A DNA stretch of 64,000 nucleotides from Candidatus Latescibacterota bacterium (GCA_965237525.1 CBDEFO010000001.1:1-64000), one strand, 5' to 3'. Numbered from the stretch's first letter, positions 28,964 to 40,496 are shown. Numbers and translations: made by a program. Notes: a model not told the origin generated them from the letters alone.

Positions 28964-29441
28964 GTACAATAAATAATTACAAGAAGAGTAAGGTCTTGCT
29001 CTGAAGATTTAACGACCTCAAATTTGTGATTTGGAAAGGTAACGTTTAAGTTTCGTTAAGAGATAATAGTTTGGCCCAACCTATCTATGCGCGGGGGCAA
29101 AGGCTTTTCGTGCTTTGCTACCTCCACCTCATCCTCCCCGACGAAGCGCCCACACTGCCTTCATCCCAAGGGAGAGGTAACCTCGACCTTACATTTGATC
29201 TGAGTTGCTTATTTTAGGGCCCGGCGCGCGCACTCATATGGCGGTGGACAGGGAGGTCTGGCAACGAGCCACGGCGTGGGAGGCACGGCCGCTTTTCTGG
29301 GAATGTAGGCACAAGCCACAAAATGGTTCGCGCGCATTATCAGTGCAGAAACACAGGTCTGCCCCTACAGAGGCTAGATGTACACCAGACTCTTGAAGAA
29401 TGCAATCTTCCCGAATGAGAGGACTTCATAACGAAAATCTG

Positions 29442-29470
29442 TTGACATACAGGTTCTCTGGAACTAAATT
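29442..29470 (+). promoter_or_regulatory. Putative sigma70 promoter of the P-II gene
   Basis: TTGACA-17 bp-TAAATT. Confidence 0.55.
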
Positions 29471-29532
29471 AATTCTGTACTCCAACTACAATTACCAGAA
29501 CCATACTAACCCTATATACTGGTGAAGGTTGA

Positions 29533-29877
<345 letters not shown>

Positions 29878-30011
29878 CCACAAAGATGGTGGCGGTAGGT
29901 CAGACATTCCTGTCTGACATGGGCAAGGAAAACTCGCCCCTACATTCTGATATCTGCTTTTTGCTTTTCCCTGACTTTTGTCTACTTTTTTTGAGAGGAG
30001 TTGATAGCTGT

Positions 30012-32453
30012 TTGCCGTTTTGGACTCTCATAGCGCTAATAATTCTCCTTTCAAAACCTTTGATGTATGAATCGGCCTGCGCTCAAGGATACGCGGATGA
30101 CGCAAGAAAGCGCGAAAAAGTGAGTAGGGGGTTATCGACTGATGCCCAATACTCTGCAAGGGACAGCGTCCTCTATGACATAGAAAGAGGCGTAATATAT
30201 CTTAAGGGTAAAGCCAAGGTAAAATACAGAAAAATGGAGCTTTCTGCCGAGAGGATCACTTATTATGTGAACGATCAGTCCATCCAGGCAAAGGGGGTCC
30301 AGGATTCGACCGGAAAGATGGTAGGGACCCCTGTCTTCAGGGACGGGAGTGAGACATTCGGCGGTCTGGAGATAAAGTACAATCTGAAAACGGAAAGGGG
30401 CACGATCATTCAGGGTAATACGGAGTTTCAAAAGGGATTCTATCTGGGACAGAAGATAAGGAAGGTAGCGCCCAGGGTGCTCAATGTGGATAGCGGGAAA
30501 TTCACGACGTGCGATCTGGTTGTGGGGGATAAAGAGCCCCACTATGACTTCTACAGCAGCAAGATGAAAATAATAGAAGATGATAAGGTCATAGCCAAGT
30601 CAGTGATGTTCAGGATAGACGGCGTACCGGTTATGTGGTTTCCCTTTCTCATATTTCCCATAAAGAAGGGTAGACATTCGGGAATTACCACCCCCAGTTA
30701 CGGGAGCAATGGTCTGGATGGCAGGCTTATAAAGAATTTGGGATATTACTGGGCGGCAAACCAATACTGGGACACTACCTTCAGGAGCACCTTCAGGGAG
30801 AAAACGGGCTTATTTCTTGAGGCGGATCTAAGATACGCCCTGAGATACCACTTCAAAGGATCGCTCAACTTCGACTTTGAAAACAGGACCAGAGGTGGCA
30901 AGACCACAACGAGAGAATGGAGGCTGAACTTCCAGCACTCACAGCCTATAGGCAGGACAATGAGCCTGAGGGGGAGCGGAAGCTTTGTCAGCAACAGGAA
31001 TTTCAACAGTGAAAACAGTCATAATCTCTTCGACAGATTGCAAAGGACGCTGAGATCCCATATTACGTTCAATAAAAGATGGAGGACCTCCGGAAACAGC
31101 GTAGAGATCAGGATGAGGCACGAGAAGAACCTGACAACGTCCGAGACGCTCTTTGAGGCTCCGACTCTATCGTTCAGGAAAAATAGAAAGCCCATATTCG
31201 GGAGACTTTATCAGCACTCACTGAGTTCCAAGTCGAACAATGGGGACGCGGATCGCCCCAGATGGTACAATTCGATCTTCTATTCCTATAGCGGAAACAT
31301 AAATAATACCAGAAGGACAAGGCTGGTCGAAAATCAACTAACGGATCAAAATACGTTTCGGACAGATCACAGACTGAACATAGCAAGTCAGCAGAAGCTC
31401 CTGCGGTGGCTCAACGTAACACCCAATTTCAGTACGAGACAACGGTGGACAAGAAGCCCGGACGGACTTTATACCAGGAGTGAGTCGTACTCGACTTCCG
31501 CATCTTCTAACACCACCCTCTACGGACTCTTCAATATAAGCATAGGGCAGCTCAAGGCAGTAAGGCACGTAGCCAAGCCAAGTCTTTCGTTCGGCTACTC
31601 CAGAGATGTAACTGAGACGGGGGATAAATTCGGCTTCGGCGGAAAAAGAAACGTGGGCGATCCCAGAAAGACCCTGAGCATGCGGTTGGGAAATATACTT
31701 CAGGTCAAGACCGAAAAGGAGGGAAGAGAGAGAAAATTCGATCTTATAACCTACGATCTTTCGACCAGCTACGACTTTGCAGAAGAAAGACTTAGAGACT
31801 TAAACACTTCTCTTTCTATCAAACCTGTCAGAAGGTTCGACGTCCGTATGAGGGCTACGTACGATTTCTACCCCAATGACCGACGGGATCTCTTTTTGCC
31901 CGATCTGAAGCGCCTGAGTGTAACTTCGGTTTTGAGGCTGAATGGTGGAGGAAGAAGGAAGACGAAGGAGAGAAAAGACGCCGAGGAATTTGATTCGAGC
32001 CGTAGCGATGCTCTGATAGCCCCTCGCTACGGCGTCAACTCCACAGGGGCCACGTTTGAGGATAATTTCAACGAAAATTTTCTAGAAGGAGGCAGACCCT
32101 GGCGCCTCAATTTTTCCCACACGTACTCCGTAAACAGGAGATCGCTCTTCACGTCATCCTTTGCAACCAGAGATACCACGATCAAAACGTCGTGGTTGAA
32201 AGGCTCTATAAGCTTAAATCTGACCCGCAACTGGCGTATGGACTACTCGTTCAACGTAAATTTGAGTCCCGACCGTGGCGAGGATAGAATCACGGGACAG
32301 AGCTATTCGTTTTACAGAGACCTTCACGGCTGGGAGGCGCGGTTCCGCTGGACGCCCTCCGGCGTGAGAAACGGGTACTTCTTCAAGATAAATATCAAGG
32401 AGCTTCCACAGGTCAAATTCGAAAGGAGACAGGGGGTGGGAAGGTTCCAATGA
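30012..32453 (+). CDS. lptD: LPS-assembly protein LptD-like outer-membrane protein
   Basis: YSARDS..., FTTCD, PHY, GYYW, beta-barrel C-terminus (YRDLHGWE). Start is probably TTG 30012 after GAGGAG; the ORF extension to 29886 runs through a REP. Confidence 0.8.
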   Translation: MPFWTLIALIILLSKPLMYESACAQGYADDARKREKVSRGLSTDAQYSARDSVLYDIERGVIYLKGKAKVKYRKMELSAERITYYVNDQSIQAKGVQDSTGKMVGTPVFRDGSETFGGLEIKYNLKTERGTIIQGNTEFQKGFYLGQKIRKVAPRVLNVDSGKFTTCDLVVGDKEPHYDFYSSKMKIIEDDKVIAKSVMFRIDGVPVMWFPFLIFPIKKGRHSGITTPSYGSNGLDGRLIKNLGYYWAANQYWDTTFRSTFREKTGLFLEADLRYALRYHFKGSLNFDFENRTRGGKTTTREWRLNFQHSQPIGRTMSLRGSGSFVSNRNFNSENSHNLFDRLQRTLRSHITFNKRWRTSGNSVEIRMRHEKNLTTSETLFEAPTLSFRKNRKPIFGRLYQHSLSSKSNNGDADRPRWYNSIFYSYSGNINNTRRTRLVENQLTDQNTFRTDHRLNIASQQKLLRWLNVTPNFSTRQRWTRSPDGLYTRSESYSTSASSNTTLYGLFNISIGQLKAVRHVAKPSLSFGYSRDVTETGDKFGFGGKRNVGDPRKTLSMRLGNILQVKTEKEGRERKFDLITYDLSTSYDFAEERLRDLNTSLSIKPVRRFDVRMRATYDFYPNDRRDLFLPDLKRLSVTSVLRLNGGGRRKTKERKDAEEFDSSRSDALIAPRYGVNSTGATFEDNFNENFLEGGRPWRLNFSHTYSVNRRSLFTSSFATRDTTIKTSWLKGSISLNLTRNWRMDYSFNVNLSPDRGEDRITGQSYSFYRDLHGWEARFRWTPSGVRNGYFFKINIKELPQVKFERRQGVGRFQ

Positions 32454-32893
32454 AAGTTTTAGTGCAGAGGGTCCAAAGGGCAGGCGTCGCCATAGATGGA
32501 CAGACCGTTTCCAAGATCGGTAAGGGACTGGTTCTTTTGGTAGGTGTGGGGATGGAAGATGACATAGAAGATGTCCATTTTACAGCGGACAAATGCTCAA
32601 ACTTAAGGATTTTTGAAGACGATAGCGGGAAGATGAATCTTTCTGTCCTGGACATCGGTGGTGAACTCTTGGTTATCTCACAGTTCACACTCTACGCGGA
32701 TACGAAGAAGGGCAGGAGACCTAACTTCACGGATGCGGCTCCTCCTCAGAAGGCGTCACAGCTATACAATAGATTCGTGGACATTCTTAAGAAGAGAGAC
32801 CTTAAGGTGGAGACAGGAGTCTTCGGGCAAAGGATGTTAGTGGAGATACACAACGACGGGCCTGTGACACTGATGGTGGAAAGCCCAAAGTAA
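32450..32893 (+). CDS. dtd: D-aminoacyl-tRNA deacylase
   Basis: VQRV, SQFTL, NDGPVT. Confidence 0.95.
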   Translation: MKVLVQRVQRAGVAIDGQTVSKIGKGLVLLVGVGMEDDIEDVHFTADKCSNLRIFEDDSGKMNLSVLDIGGELLVISQFTLYADTKKGRRPNFTDAAPPQKASQLYNRFVDILKKRDLKVETGVFGQRMLVEIHNDGPVTLMVESPK

Positions 32894-32902
32894 GCAGACA
32901 GT

Positions 32903-32923
32903 CCCCGATAGATTCAATCGGGG
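32903..32923 (-). repeat. 21-bp palindromic element, perfect consensus in reverse orientation
   Basis: CCCCGATAGATTCAATCGGGG. Confidence 0.85.
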
Positions 32924-33085
32924 ATCAGAGATAGTAGACAGGGAAAGACGAACACCAATAGAACGTATGTAGGGGCAAACCCACGTGTTTTCCCAATAGA
33001 CAGGGAGATTGCTTCGGCGCTTTGAGCCCTTTGCAATGACTTAAGCTCGAAGCCATGCAATCTTGTGGACCGGGAAAGAGACAAA

Positions 33086-33691
33086 ATGAGTCAAAAGGTG
33101 GTGCCACCACTCCGTATAGATAAGATAGTTCTGGCTTCAGATTCTCTTCGCCGCGCAGAGCTTCTTAAATTGGCAGGTATCCCTTTCATTGTCGTCCCGA
33201 GCGGAATCTCCGAAGACGAAGATGTCTTTGACAACCCTGTAGAGCACGTGTTAGAGCTTTCTCGACGGAAGGCGGAGATGGTAGCGCAGAAAGTAGCAGG
33301 GAGCCTTGTCCTGGGTGCCGATACTATCGTGGTCCTGGAGGGAAGCATAATCGGAAAACCCCAAAACCGTGGTGAAGCAGCGGATATACTCTCCCGACTC
33401 TCGGGAAACGAGCATCGGGTATTCACAGGAATTACACTTTTAGATACGGACAAGAACGAATGCGTTTCGGACGTTGTCATCACGTCAGTCAGGATGAGAA
33501 AGATGTCAACGGGTGAGATAAGGAAATATATAGATACGGGGGAACCCCTGGACAAAGCGGGAGCCTACGGCATTCAGGGAAAAGGCTCCGTGTTCATCGA
33601 AAGCGTCTGCGGCTGTTATTACAACGTCATGGGTCTGCCTATCTCCAAGTTAGTCCTGATGCTCAGGAAGATGGGCTACGAAATATGGTGA
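33086..33691 (+). CDS. maf: Maf family nucleotide pyrophosphatase (YhdE-like)
   Basis: LAS.S.RR, GADTIV, GKP, DKAGAYGIQG, NVMGLP. Confidence 0.92.
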   Translation: MSQKVVPPLRIDKIVLASDSLRRAELLKLAGIPFIVVPSGISEDEDVFDNPVEHVLELSRRKAEMVAQKVAGSLVLGADTIVVLEGSIIGKPQNRGEAADILSRLSGNEHRVFTGITLLDTDKNECVSDVVITSVRMRKMSTGEIRKYIDTGEPLDKAGAYGIQGKGSVFIESVCGCYYNVMGLPISKLVLMLRKMGYEIW

Positions 33692-36171
33692 TTGATCGAA
33701 AAGCAATGCACACGGATACGAAAATATACGCGCAGGTGGTCTTGCCTCTGGCTTTAAAAGAAGAGCTCACCTACTTAGTCCCCGTGTCATTAGAAGATAG
33801 AACCAAAGTCGGCAGCCGTGTGGTCGTGCCCTTGGGTGAGCGAATAGTGACGGGGTTTATAGTTGGTATATCGGGCAGGTCCGATATGAGGAATCATGAG
33901 TACATACTGGAAGCTCCTGATAAGATACCCCTCTTCAATGAAGAGATGCTCAAGCTCACAAAGTGGATCTCAGATTACTATCTCTGTTCGTGGGGAGACG
34001 TCTTGAAATCGGCTCTACCCTCCGGGATACACAGCCAGAGTAGGCGAAAGCTCATGCTTTTAAAGGACATGTCGAATGAGGAAATCCAAGAGTGCAGGAA
34101 ACGGTCTCCCAGGCAGGCTGATATATTGAAGGCAGCCTCTCAAAAGAACGAGATAAGCTTCCATCAATTGAGGAGGCTCGCTGGCAGTCCTGGCCTCTAT
34201 TCTGCAGCTTACGACTTGAAACGTAAGGGCTACGTGGAGATACAACACGAGATTAGGGGACCCAGGGTTAAGATCAAAAGCAAAAAGGTGGTATCTCTGG
34301 TCGCAGGGGATGCGGAGACGATAGAAGCACAGATTGCAGGCATAGAGCGCAGGGCTCCTAAGGGAGCAGAGTGTCTGCGCATATTATGGGAAAACGGCGG
34401 GACAATGTCGTGGAGACACCTAAGGCAAAAGGAGATAGGTACAGGGACGATAAAGAGTCTGAAAAAGAGGAACTTAGTAGAGATCCATCTTAAAGAGATC
34501 GTACGAGATCCGTTCGCCCATCTAAATGTGGAAGAGCCTCCAGACCTGAAGCTTACAAAAGCGCAAAGAAGTGCTCTGAGAGCGATCACGGATGCGATAG
34601 ATAAGGGCGTATTTAAGGGCATCCTGATTCACGGGATAACGGACAGCGGCAAGACACTTGTGTATATAGAGGCCATCAGAAGGATCGTCGAAAGAAGCGA
34701 AGGCGCTATCGTTTTGGTTCCGGAGATCTCACTGACCCCTCAGACTGTCAGGAGGTTCAAGTCTAATTTCGGGGATAAGGTAGCGGTCCTGCACAGCCAC
34801 ATGTCCGATGGAGAGAGATACGATGCGTGGAGGAAGATAAAGGATGGCGAGCGTCCGATAGCTGTTGGAGCGCGTTCTGCGATCTTTGCTCCCGTGAAAA
34901 AATTGGGTCTGATAGTGGTTGATGAGGAGCACGACTCGTCGTACAAGCAGGATACACTTCCGAGGTACAACGCCAGAGACGTGGCGTTGATGCGGGGCAA
35001 GATCGAAAATGCCGTGGTGGTCCTGGGATCGGCGACGCCCAGTTTGGAATCGTATCACAATAGCCAGAACGGGAAGCTCCTCCGTGTGGAACTGCCGGAC
35101 AGGGTAGATAACAGGATACTGCCGAAGGTGACGGTTGTAGATATGAAGCAGGAGTCACAAGGTGGGAGTAGCGCCATCTTTTCGGGGACTCTGATGGAGA
35201 AGATCTCCGGCGTCTTAGAAAGAGGTGAAAAGATCATACTCCTCCAGAACAGGAGGGGTTATTCCCCCTTCATACAGTGCCGTGAGTGCGGCTTCGTCTT
35301 CATGTGTAAAAGGTGCAGGGTTTCACTTACGTATCATTCCACCTCAAGCATAAAGTGCATACTATGCCACTATTGCGCGTTCACAAGCCGAGTCCCGACG
35401 ACCTGCCCTGACTGTCTCGGATACAGGTTGAACTACAGGGGCGTGGGGACTCAGCGAGTGGAGGATGTCCTGAAAGGACACTTTCCGAACGCTCGGGTGC
35501 TGAGGATGGACATTGACACAACCAGGTTCAAAGGCGCTCACGACACGATATTGGAGAGCTTCAGAAAGGGAGAGGCGGACGTTCTACTGGGAACGCAGAT
35601 GATCTCTAAGGGGCTCGACTTTCCGGAGGTTACGCTCGTGGGTGTCATCTCCGCCGATACGGCGCTGAATCTTCCGGACTTCAGATCGAGCGAAAGGACA
35701 TTTCAACTTCTGACTCAGGTGGCGGGCAGAGCCGGAAGGGGCAACGTTCCCGGCGAAGTGATAATTCAGACATATCAGCCTTCAAGTCAAGCAATCCTGT
35801 GCGCCAAGGATCACAATTTCAAAGCGTTCTGGGGGATAGAAGCAAAGAATAGAGAGGAGTTGGGCTACCCTCCTTTCGGGAGGCTGATTAATATAGTATT
35901 TAAGGGGACGGATGAAGACAAAGTCTGTTCGTTAGCAGAATCACACGCCTCTTTTCTGCGAGGGAGAATAGACGATCCTCCGATAGAGATCCTGGGCCCT
36001 GCTCAGGCCCCGCTCGGTAAGATCAAGGACAACTTCCGCTATCAGGTGGTCTTGAAATCATCGAGCGCAAGGGCTATACACAGGTTAGTCGAGGACGCAT
36101 CAAAGGAGATAGGAACACTTAAAAGCGGAGTAAGTGTGAGTGTTGATGTTGACCCGTTGAATATGTTGTGA
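33685..36171 (+). CDS. priA: Primosomal protein N' helicase
   Basis: GITDSGKT, LVPEISLTPQ, DEEHD, four CxxC, GTQMISKGLDF, QVAGRAGR. Confidence 0.95.
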   Translation: MVIDRKAMHTDTKIYAQVVLPLALKEELTYLVPVSLEDRTKVGSRVVVPLGERIVTGFIVGISGRSDMRNHEYILEAPDKIPLFNEEMLKLTKWISDYYLCSWGDVLKSALPSGIHSQSRRKLMLLKDMSNEEIQECRKRSPRQADILKAASQKNEISFHQLRRLAGSPGLYSAAYDLKRKGYVEIQHEIRGPRVKIKSKKVVSLVAGDAETIEAQIAGIERRAPKGAECLRILWENGGTMSWRHLRQKEIGTGTIKSLKKRNLVEIHLKEIVRDPFAHLNVEEPPDLKLTKAQRSALRAITDAIDKGVFKGILIHGITDSGKTLVYIEAIRRIVERSEGAIVLVPEISLTPQTVRRFKSNFGDKVAVLHSHMSDGERYDAWRKIKDGERPIAVGARSAIFAPVKKLGLIVVDEEHDSSYKQDTLPRYNARDVALMRGKIENAVVVLGSATPSLESYHNSQNGKLLRVELPDRVDNRILPKVTVVDMKQESQGGSSAIFSGTLMEKISGVLERGEKIILLQNRRGYSPFIQCRECGFVFMCKRCRVSLTYHSTSSIKCILCHYCAFTSRVPTTCPDCLGYRLNYRGVGTQRVEDVLKGHFPNARVLRMDIDTTRFKGAHDTILESFRKGEADVLLGTQMISKGLDFPEVTLVGVISADTALNLPDFRSSERTFQLLTQVAGRAGRGNVPGEVIIQTYQPSSQAILCAKDHNFKAFWGIEAKNREELGYPPFGRLINIVFKGTDEDKVCSLAESHASFLRGRIDDPPIEILGPAQAPLGKIKDNFRYQVVLKSSSARAIHRLVEDASKEIGTLKSGVSVSVDVDPLNML

Positions 36172-36330
36172 GCGACAAACTGCCTCCAACCTATGAATCT
36201 GCTTCGGCGGTTTCAGCCGCTTTCCCCGAAGACTATTAGATACCCCTTTCGCCATGACTGAAGCTTTGGACAAGTAACGCCGTCGTGATGTGCCAAAGCC
36301 GACCCGGCGTAGACACGGGGCGGAACTAAT

Positions 36331-36351
36331 CCCTGATTGAATCTATCGGGG
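36331..36351 (+). repeat. 21-bp palindromic element
   Basis: CCCTGATTGAATCTATCGGGG. Confidence 0.8.
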
Positions 36352-36403
36352 ACAAGAGAGGGGAGGAAATGCCCCTGTCTACTTACTTTAGAAGGGAATA
36401 TAT

Positions 36404-37582
36404 ATGCAGATTACACCATCGGATAGGGTTCAGTCAATTGGGCCGTACGCCTTTGCTGAAGTGGACAGAGAAGTCGAAAAGCTCAGAAGATCCGGAATAG
36501 AACCCATAGACTTCGGCGTCGGAGACCCCACTATCCCCACGCCCGAAATAGTCCGAAACGCCACAATAGAGGGGATAGAAAAGAGAAAAAGATCAGGCTA
36601 TCCGAGCTACATCGGCGCCCGCGAGTACAGAGTGGCGGTAGCTGAATGGACAGCGAGGAGATTCGGAGTCCGGCTTGACCCCGAAACCGAAATAGCCTCC
36701 ACAATCGGAAGCAAGGAGGCGGTCTTCAACTTCTCAGAGGGCTTCGTGAACCCCGGTGACTACGTGATAGTCCCAACACCCGGATATCCTCCATTAGCAA
36801 GGGGAGTCCTCTTTTCAGAGGGAAGATCCTACTTCGTCCCTCTCCTCAAAGAGAACGGCTTTATGCCCGACCTCGACTCTATCCCCCAGGAAGTCCTGGG
36901 TAGAGCCAAGATCATGTGGGTAAACTACCCCAACAGCCCATCGGGTGCGATAGCCCCCAAGGATTTCCTCGAAAAGATAATCGAGTTCGGACACAGACAC
37001 AATATCATGATCGCCTCGGACGAAGCTTATATTGAACTCTATTTCGACGAAAAACCGCACAGCATCCTTGAGATAACAAAAGAGGGAGTCGCAGCTTTTC
37101 ATTCCCTTTCAAAGAGGAGCGCGATGACCTGCTACAGGATAGGATGGGTGGCAGGCGACAGAAGGGTAATAGATGTCTTCAAGAAGGTCAAGACCAATAT
37201 AGACTCAGGCACCCCTACGTTCGTACAGGACGGGGCAATAGCCGCACTCTGGGACGAAGAGCACGTCGAAGGAATGCGGAAGGACTACAGGACGAAAAGA
37301 GACATAATGGTGGAGTCGCTTGTAGATGCGGGACTACCCAACTGCGCACCTCAGGCGACGATCTACATCTGGCAAGAAATCCCCGAAGGGGTGACATCGG
37401 TCGAATTTGCCACAAAGATGCTCTCTCCCGAAGTAGCGATAGTCACAACGCCCGGCTCCTGGATAAGCGATTCCACAGAGTATGGACTCAACCCCGGCGA
37501 CCGATATGTCAGGTTTGCCCTCGTGCCGAGCGTAGAAAAGACGGTGGAGGCTGCAGGAAAGATAAGGAATCTGAAGCTGTAG
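36404..37582 (+). CDS. Aminotransferase class I/II, LL-diaminopimelate aminotransferase-like
   Basis: FGVGDP, GSKEA, NYPNSP, DEAY, FHSLSK, NIDSG. Confidence 0.8.
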   Translation: MQITPSDRVQSIGPYAFAEVDREVEKLRRSGIEPIDFGVGDPTIPTPEIVRNATIEGIEKRKRSGYPSYIGAREYRVAVAEWTARRFGVRLDPETEIASTIGSKEAVFNFSEGFVNPGDYVIVPTPGYPPLARGVLFSEGRSYFVPLLKENGFMPDLDSIPQEVLGRAKIMWVNYPNSPSGAIAPKDFLEKIIEFGHRHNIMIASDEAYIELYFDEKPHSILEITKEGVAAFHSLSKRSAMTCYRIGWVAGDRRVIDVFKKVKTNIDSGTPTFVQDGAIAALWDEEHVEGMRKDYRTKRDIMVESLVDAGLPNCAPQATIYIWQEIPEGVTSVEFATKMLSPEVAIVTTPGSWISDSTEYGLNPGDRYVRFALVPSVEKTVEAAGKIRNLKL

Positions 37583-37670
37583 GCTGGACACAGAGACAAA
37601 CAGGTCGTTCTGTCCGAACTATTGGGATTGATGCAGACTACTCTTTGGACTCTGAATCTTCTCCCTAACC

Positions 37671-38858
37671 CTAAACAGATCCGAGGTCTGAGCCAAGAGA
37701 CTCTGTATCCGTATCAGTCCCTATTACCTCTGTTTGTTGCGATCTACGCATGTTTCTGTCTTTATCCGATTCATCTATGAGGTGTACCGTACGGGTGGGG
37801 AAGGCGATATAGAGTCCCATTTCCTCCAGCGCGTCCATTATTTTGAGGTTGACATCCTCTCGGATGCGCAAGTAGTCCGCCCAGGCTATGGTCTTTGTAA
37901 AGTAGTAGACCATAATTTCCAAGGAATGGTCGCCGAAGTCGGTGAAGTAGACAAGAAGAAAGAATTCTTTGCTTACTTCAGAATGTTCCTTCAAAATATC
38001 TTTGATCCGTTTGACGGCCTCTCGCATCTGATCGGCTTTCGTGTCGTAGGTTACACCTATAGTAATCCAGACGCGGCGTCCACCGCGACGGGAAATGTTG
38101 TCGGTAACAAAGTCCGCCAAACGACTGTTTGGGACGGTAATTAAGGTCTGTTCGAAGGTGCGGATGCGAGTGCTCCGAAAACCTATTCGTTCAACGGTCC
38201 CCTCGATACCGCTGTCCGGAGATTTGATCCAGTCGCCTACCACGAAGGGGCGGTCGATCAGGAGCATAATAGAGCCGAAAAAATCGGAAAGCGTCTTCTG
38301 CGCTGCCAGAGCCACAGCCAAACCTCCGACTCCGAGAGTAGCGATAAGACCAGATATTGAGTAGCCCATATTCTGGATGATCATAAGGAAAGCCAATATA
38401 CCAATAAGTACTTTTGCCGCCTGACCGATGAGGGGAGCCAGTTGATCGGCCAGGGGAGACTCGACCCTTTCCGCCCAGCCTTGCAGCCAATAGGTAAGGA
38501 CATTGACAAGCCTTAGCATAAGCCAGGCCAGGAGAACCAAAAAGAGGGCGGAAAAGAGAGTACCAGTCCACTCGAGAACTTGCGGTGAAGGCTTATAGCT
38601 TTGTACGGCAAGATAAATGCCGATCAGGACGATGCCCGCATCTAACGGCCTTCGCAGCGCTTTGATCACCAGGTCATCTATGTCCGTATCAGTTACCTGG
38701 GTAAGGCGAAATACGTAGTGGCTGAGGAGGTATACGGCGAGCGTGCGCACCACCAGAGCACCGAGGATGATGCCGAAGGCGATTCCAAGTCGGTAGAGTG
38801 TGGTCTGACTCCATATCTGATCAAAGAACGTGTGGAGGTTTTCCATAAAAGCATGCAC
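37671..38858 (-). CDS. Mechanosensitive ion channel MscS family
   Basis: LGVGGLAVALAAQ, DRPFVVGDWI, GFRSTRIRT, VPNS, AFPT. Confidence 0.92.
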   Translation of the reverse strand: MHAFMENLHTFFDQIWSQTTLYRLGIAFGIILGALVVRTLAVYLLSHYVFRLTQVTDTDIDDLVIKALRRPLDAGIVLIGIYLAVQSYKPSPQVLEWTGTLFSALFLVLLAWLMLRLVNVLTYWLQGWAERVESPLADQLAPLIGQAAKVLIGILAFLMIIQNMGYSISGLIATLGVGGLAVALAAQKTLSDFFGSIMLLIDRPFVVGDWIKSPDSGIEGTVERIGFRSTRIRTFEQTLITVPNSRLADFVTDNISRRGGRRVWITIGVTYDTKADQMREAVKRIKDILKEHSEVSKEFFLLVYFTDFGDHSLEIMVYYFTKTIAWADYLRIREDVNLKIMDALEEMGLYIAFPTRTVHLIDESDKDRNMRRSQQTEVIGTDTDTESLGSDLGSV

Positions 38859-39347
38859 CTCTTTGTTGCATAGAGCATATTCCAGGGACTTGGGCTATTG
38901 TATCTGCGTTCATTACACTCTGGCTTAAAGGATCGGCTCTTAAATAGCAGAATCTTACGTTTATATCAGCGTCTTGTAGAAGGTTACCTCCTTCCTACCG
39001 CTGCGCCGACCTTGCCACATTTTGCACAAAGATCTCCGAACAGTCGAATGTTTCGAGGAACAACTTGTGGTCAAAGCACTCCTCGGCTGAGCGGAGGGAA
39101 TCAGCGTGATGCTGCGCAGTGTAGCCTTGAAGGTCGGTGTCCTTTGTCACCCAATGCAATATACCCCCGAACCGGTCTACTTTGCCGCCTCCTTAATCGC
39201 ACAGCTCCTCATTTGGAGTTTAGCCAAATTTCCGGGGGTATGTTTGAGCGTGTGCAAGCGGCGCATGGTATCGTTCTTGCCGAGAAGTCTCCATCTGTCA
39301 CAGCATAGATTTGGAACCTGCAGATCCGTATCTACATAGCTCTCCTA

Positions 39348-40496
39348 TTAAAGATCAATTATATCGTCGAGGGTGGTCTTTCTTGGATTTACTATCACGT
39401 TTCGACTCCCCATGGCGTCCTCGGCCATCTGAGGTATCCTATCTTCTTCTATCCCCAGCTGAGCCAGATTATCCGGTATCCCCACTTCCAAGGACAGCGT
39501 CCTTACAGCCTCAACGGACAACTCCGCGGCGGCCATATCATCTAATCCGTCCGTCCAGACGTCCATAGACGAGGCTATATCCGCAAACCTGGAAGGACAC
39601 GCTATAAGGTTGTACTCCATAACATGCGGCAGCAAGACCGAGTTAGCCTCACCGTGAGGGCAGTCGAAGTGCCCTCCCAGTGGGTGCGACATAGCGTGCA
39701 CGTTCCCCAAGCCAGTCTGGGAGAACGCCATCCCGGCCATAGTGCTCGCTATGAGCATGTTCTCCGTCGCCTCAATGTTCTTATCGCTGGACACAGCCTG
39801 CCTTATGTTCGCTGAGATGATCCTTATCGCCTCCAGGGCCAAAGCCCCGGAGATCAAATTTGAATTCCAGTTCACATAAGATTCCACTGCGTGTGTGAGG
39901 GCGTCCATGCCCGTTGCAGCGCCGACATCCATAGGGAGTTCCACTGAAAGCTCAGGGTCGATCAGTGCCACTTTTGGAATAATATGCGGGCTCGTCACAA
40001 CTGGTTTTGTGTGCTTCTCCTCGTCCGTCACGACAGCAAAAGGAGTCACCTCGCTGGCCGTCCCGTAGGTGGTGGGAATGCACACCAAGAAAGGAATATC
40101 TACTCCCACCTGCTCCTTAACACCCACGTAATCCAGTATATTTCCGCCCTTCACCGCTAAGACTCCTACGAGCTTTGCAACATCCATCGAACTCCCACCG
40201 CCCAAACCTATAATAAAGCTACATCCCTTGCTTTTGAATCTCTCACAGGCAGCATGCACGTTCTGGGTGGGAGGATTGGCCTTGACCTCGTCGAACACCT
40301 CGTAAGCGATGGAAAACTCGTCCAATATTCGGGTAATTTTCTCCACGATCCCGGCCTCAACCAAACCCCTATCCGTGACGACTAATCCCGTATCCTCGGT
40401 GTGGTTTCTCAACTCATTCGGAAGTCTGGCTACAGCTCCCTTTCCCAGGGTGATCCGTGTAGGGGAATAGAATCTGAAAGTATCGCTAAATGCCAT
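39348..40496 (-). CDS. Iron-containing alcohol dehydrogenase (last ~5 codons frameshifted)
   Basis: GGGSSMD, PTTYGTASE, GMDALTHAVE, HAMSH, HGEAN; deleting one A gives IDLYRRAM* ending at 39332. Confidence 0.9.
   Translation of the reverse strand: MAFSDTFRFYSPTRITLGKGAVARLPNELRNHTEDTGLVVTDRGLVEAGIVEKITRILDEFSIAYEVFDEVKANPPTQNVHAACERFKSKGCSFIIGLGGGSSMDVAKLVGVLAVKGGNILDYVGVKEQVGVDIPFLVCIPTTYGTASEVTPFAVVTDEEKHTKPVVTSPHIIPKVALIDPELSVELPMDVGAATGMDALTHAVESYVNWNSNLISGALALEAIRIISANIRQAVSSDKNIEATENMLIASTMAGMAFSQTGLGNVHAMSHPLGGHFDCPHGEANSVLLPHVMEYNLIACPSRFADIASSMDVWTDGLDDMAAAELSVEAVRTLSLEVGIPDNLAQLGIEEDRIPQMAEDAMGSRNVIVNPRKTTLDDIIDL

Noticed and set aside
29057..29205. Small selenoprotein on the minus strand (G-TGA-RQC)
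   Set aside because: No start codon after the preceding stop, and the region is explained by the dispersed intergenic repeat.
29886..30011. Long N-terminal extension of LptD
   Set aside because: It runs through a GTAG-REP and a pyrimidine-rich tract; a better RBS and TTG start lie at 30012.
34630..34655. Inactive PriA because of GITDSGKT instead of GxTGSGKT
   Set aside because: The GxxxxGKT pattern and all other motifs are intact; a single substitution or base error is not evidence of loss.
36172..36403. Lysine riboswitch or twister ribozyme before the DapL-like gene
   Set aside because: Consensus blocks are not found; kept only as an unassigned structured leader.
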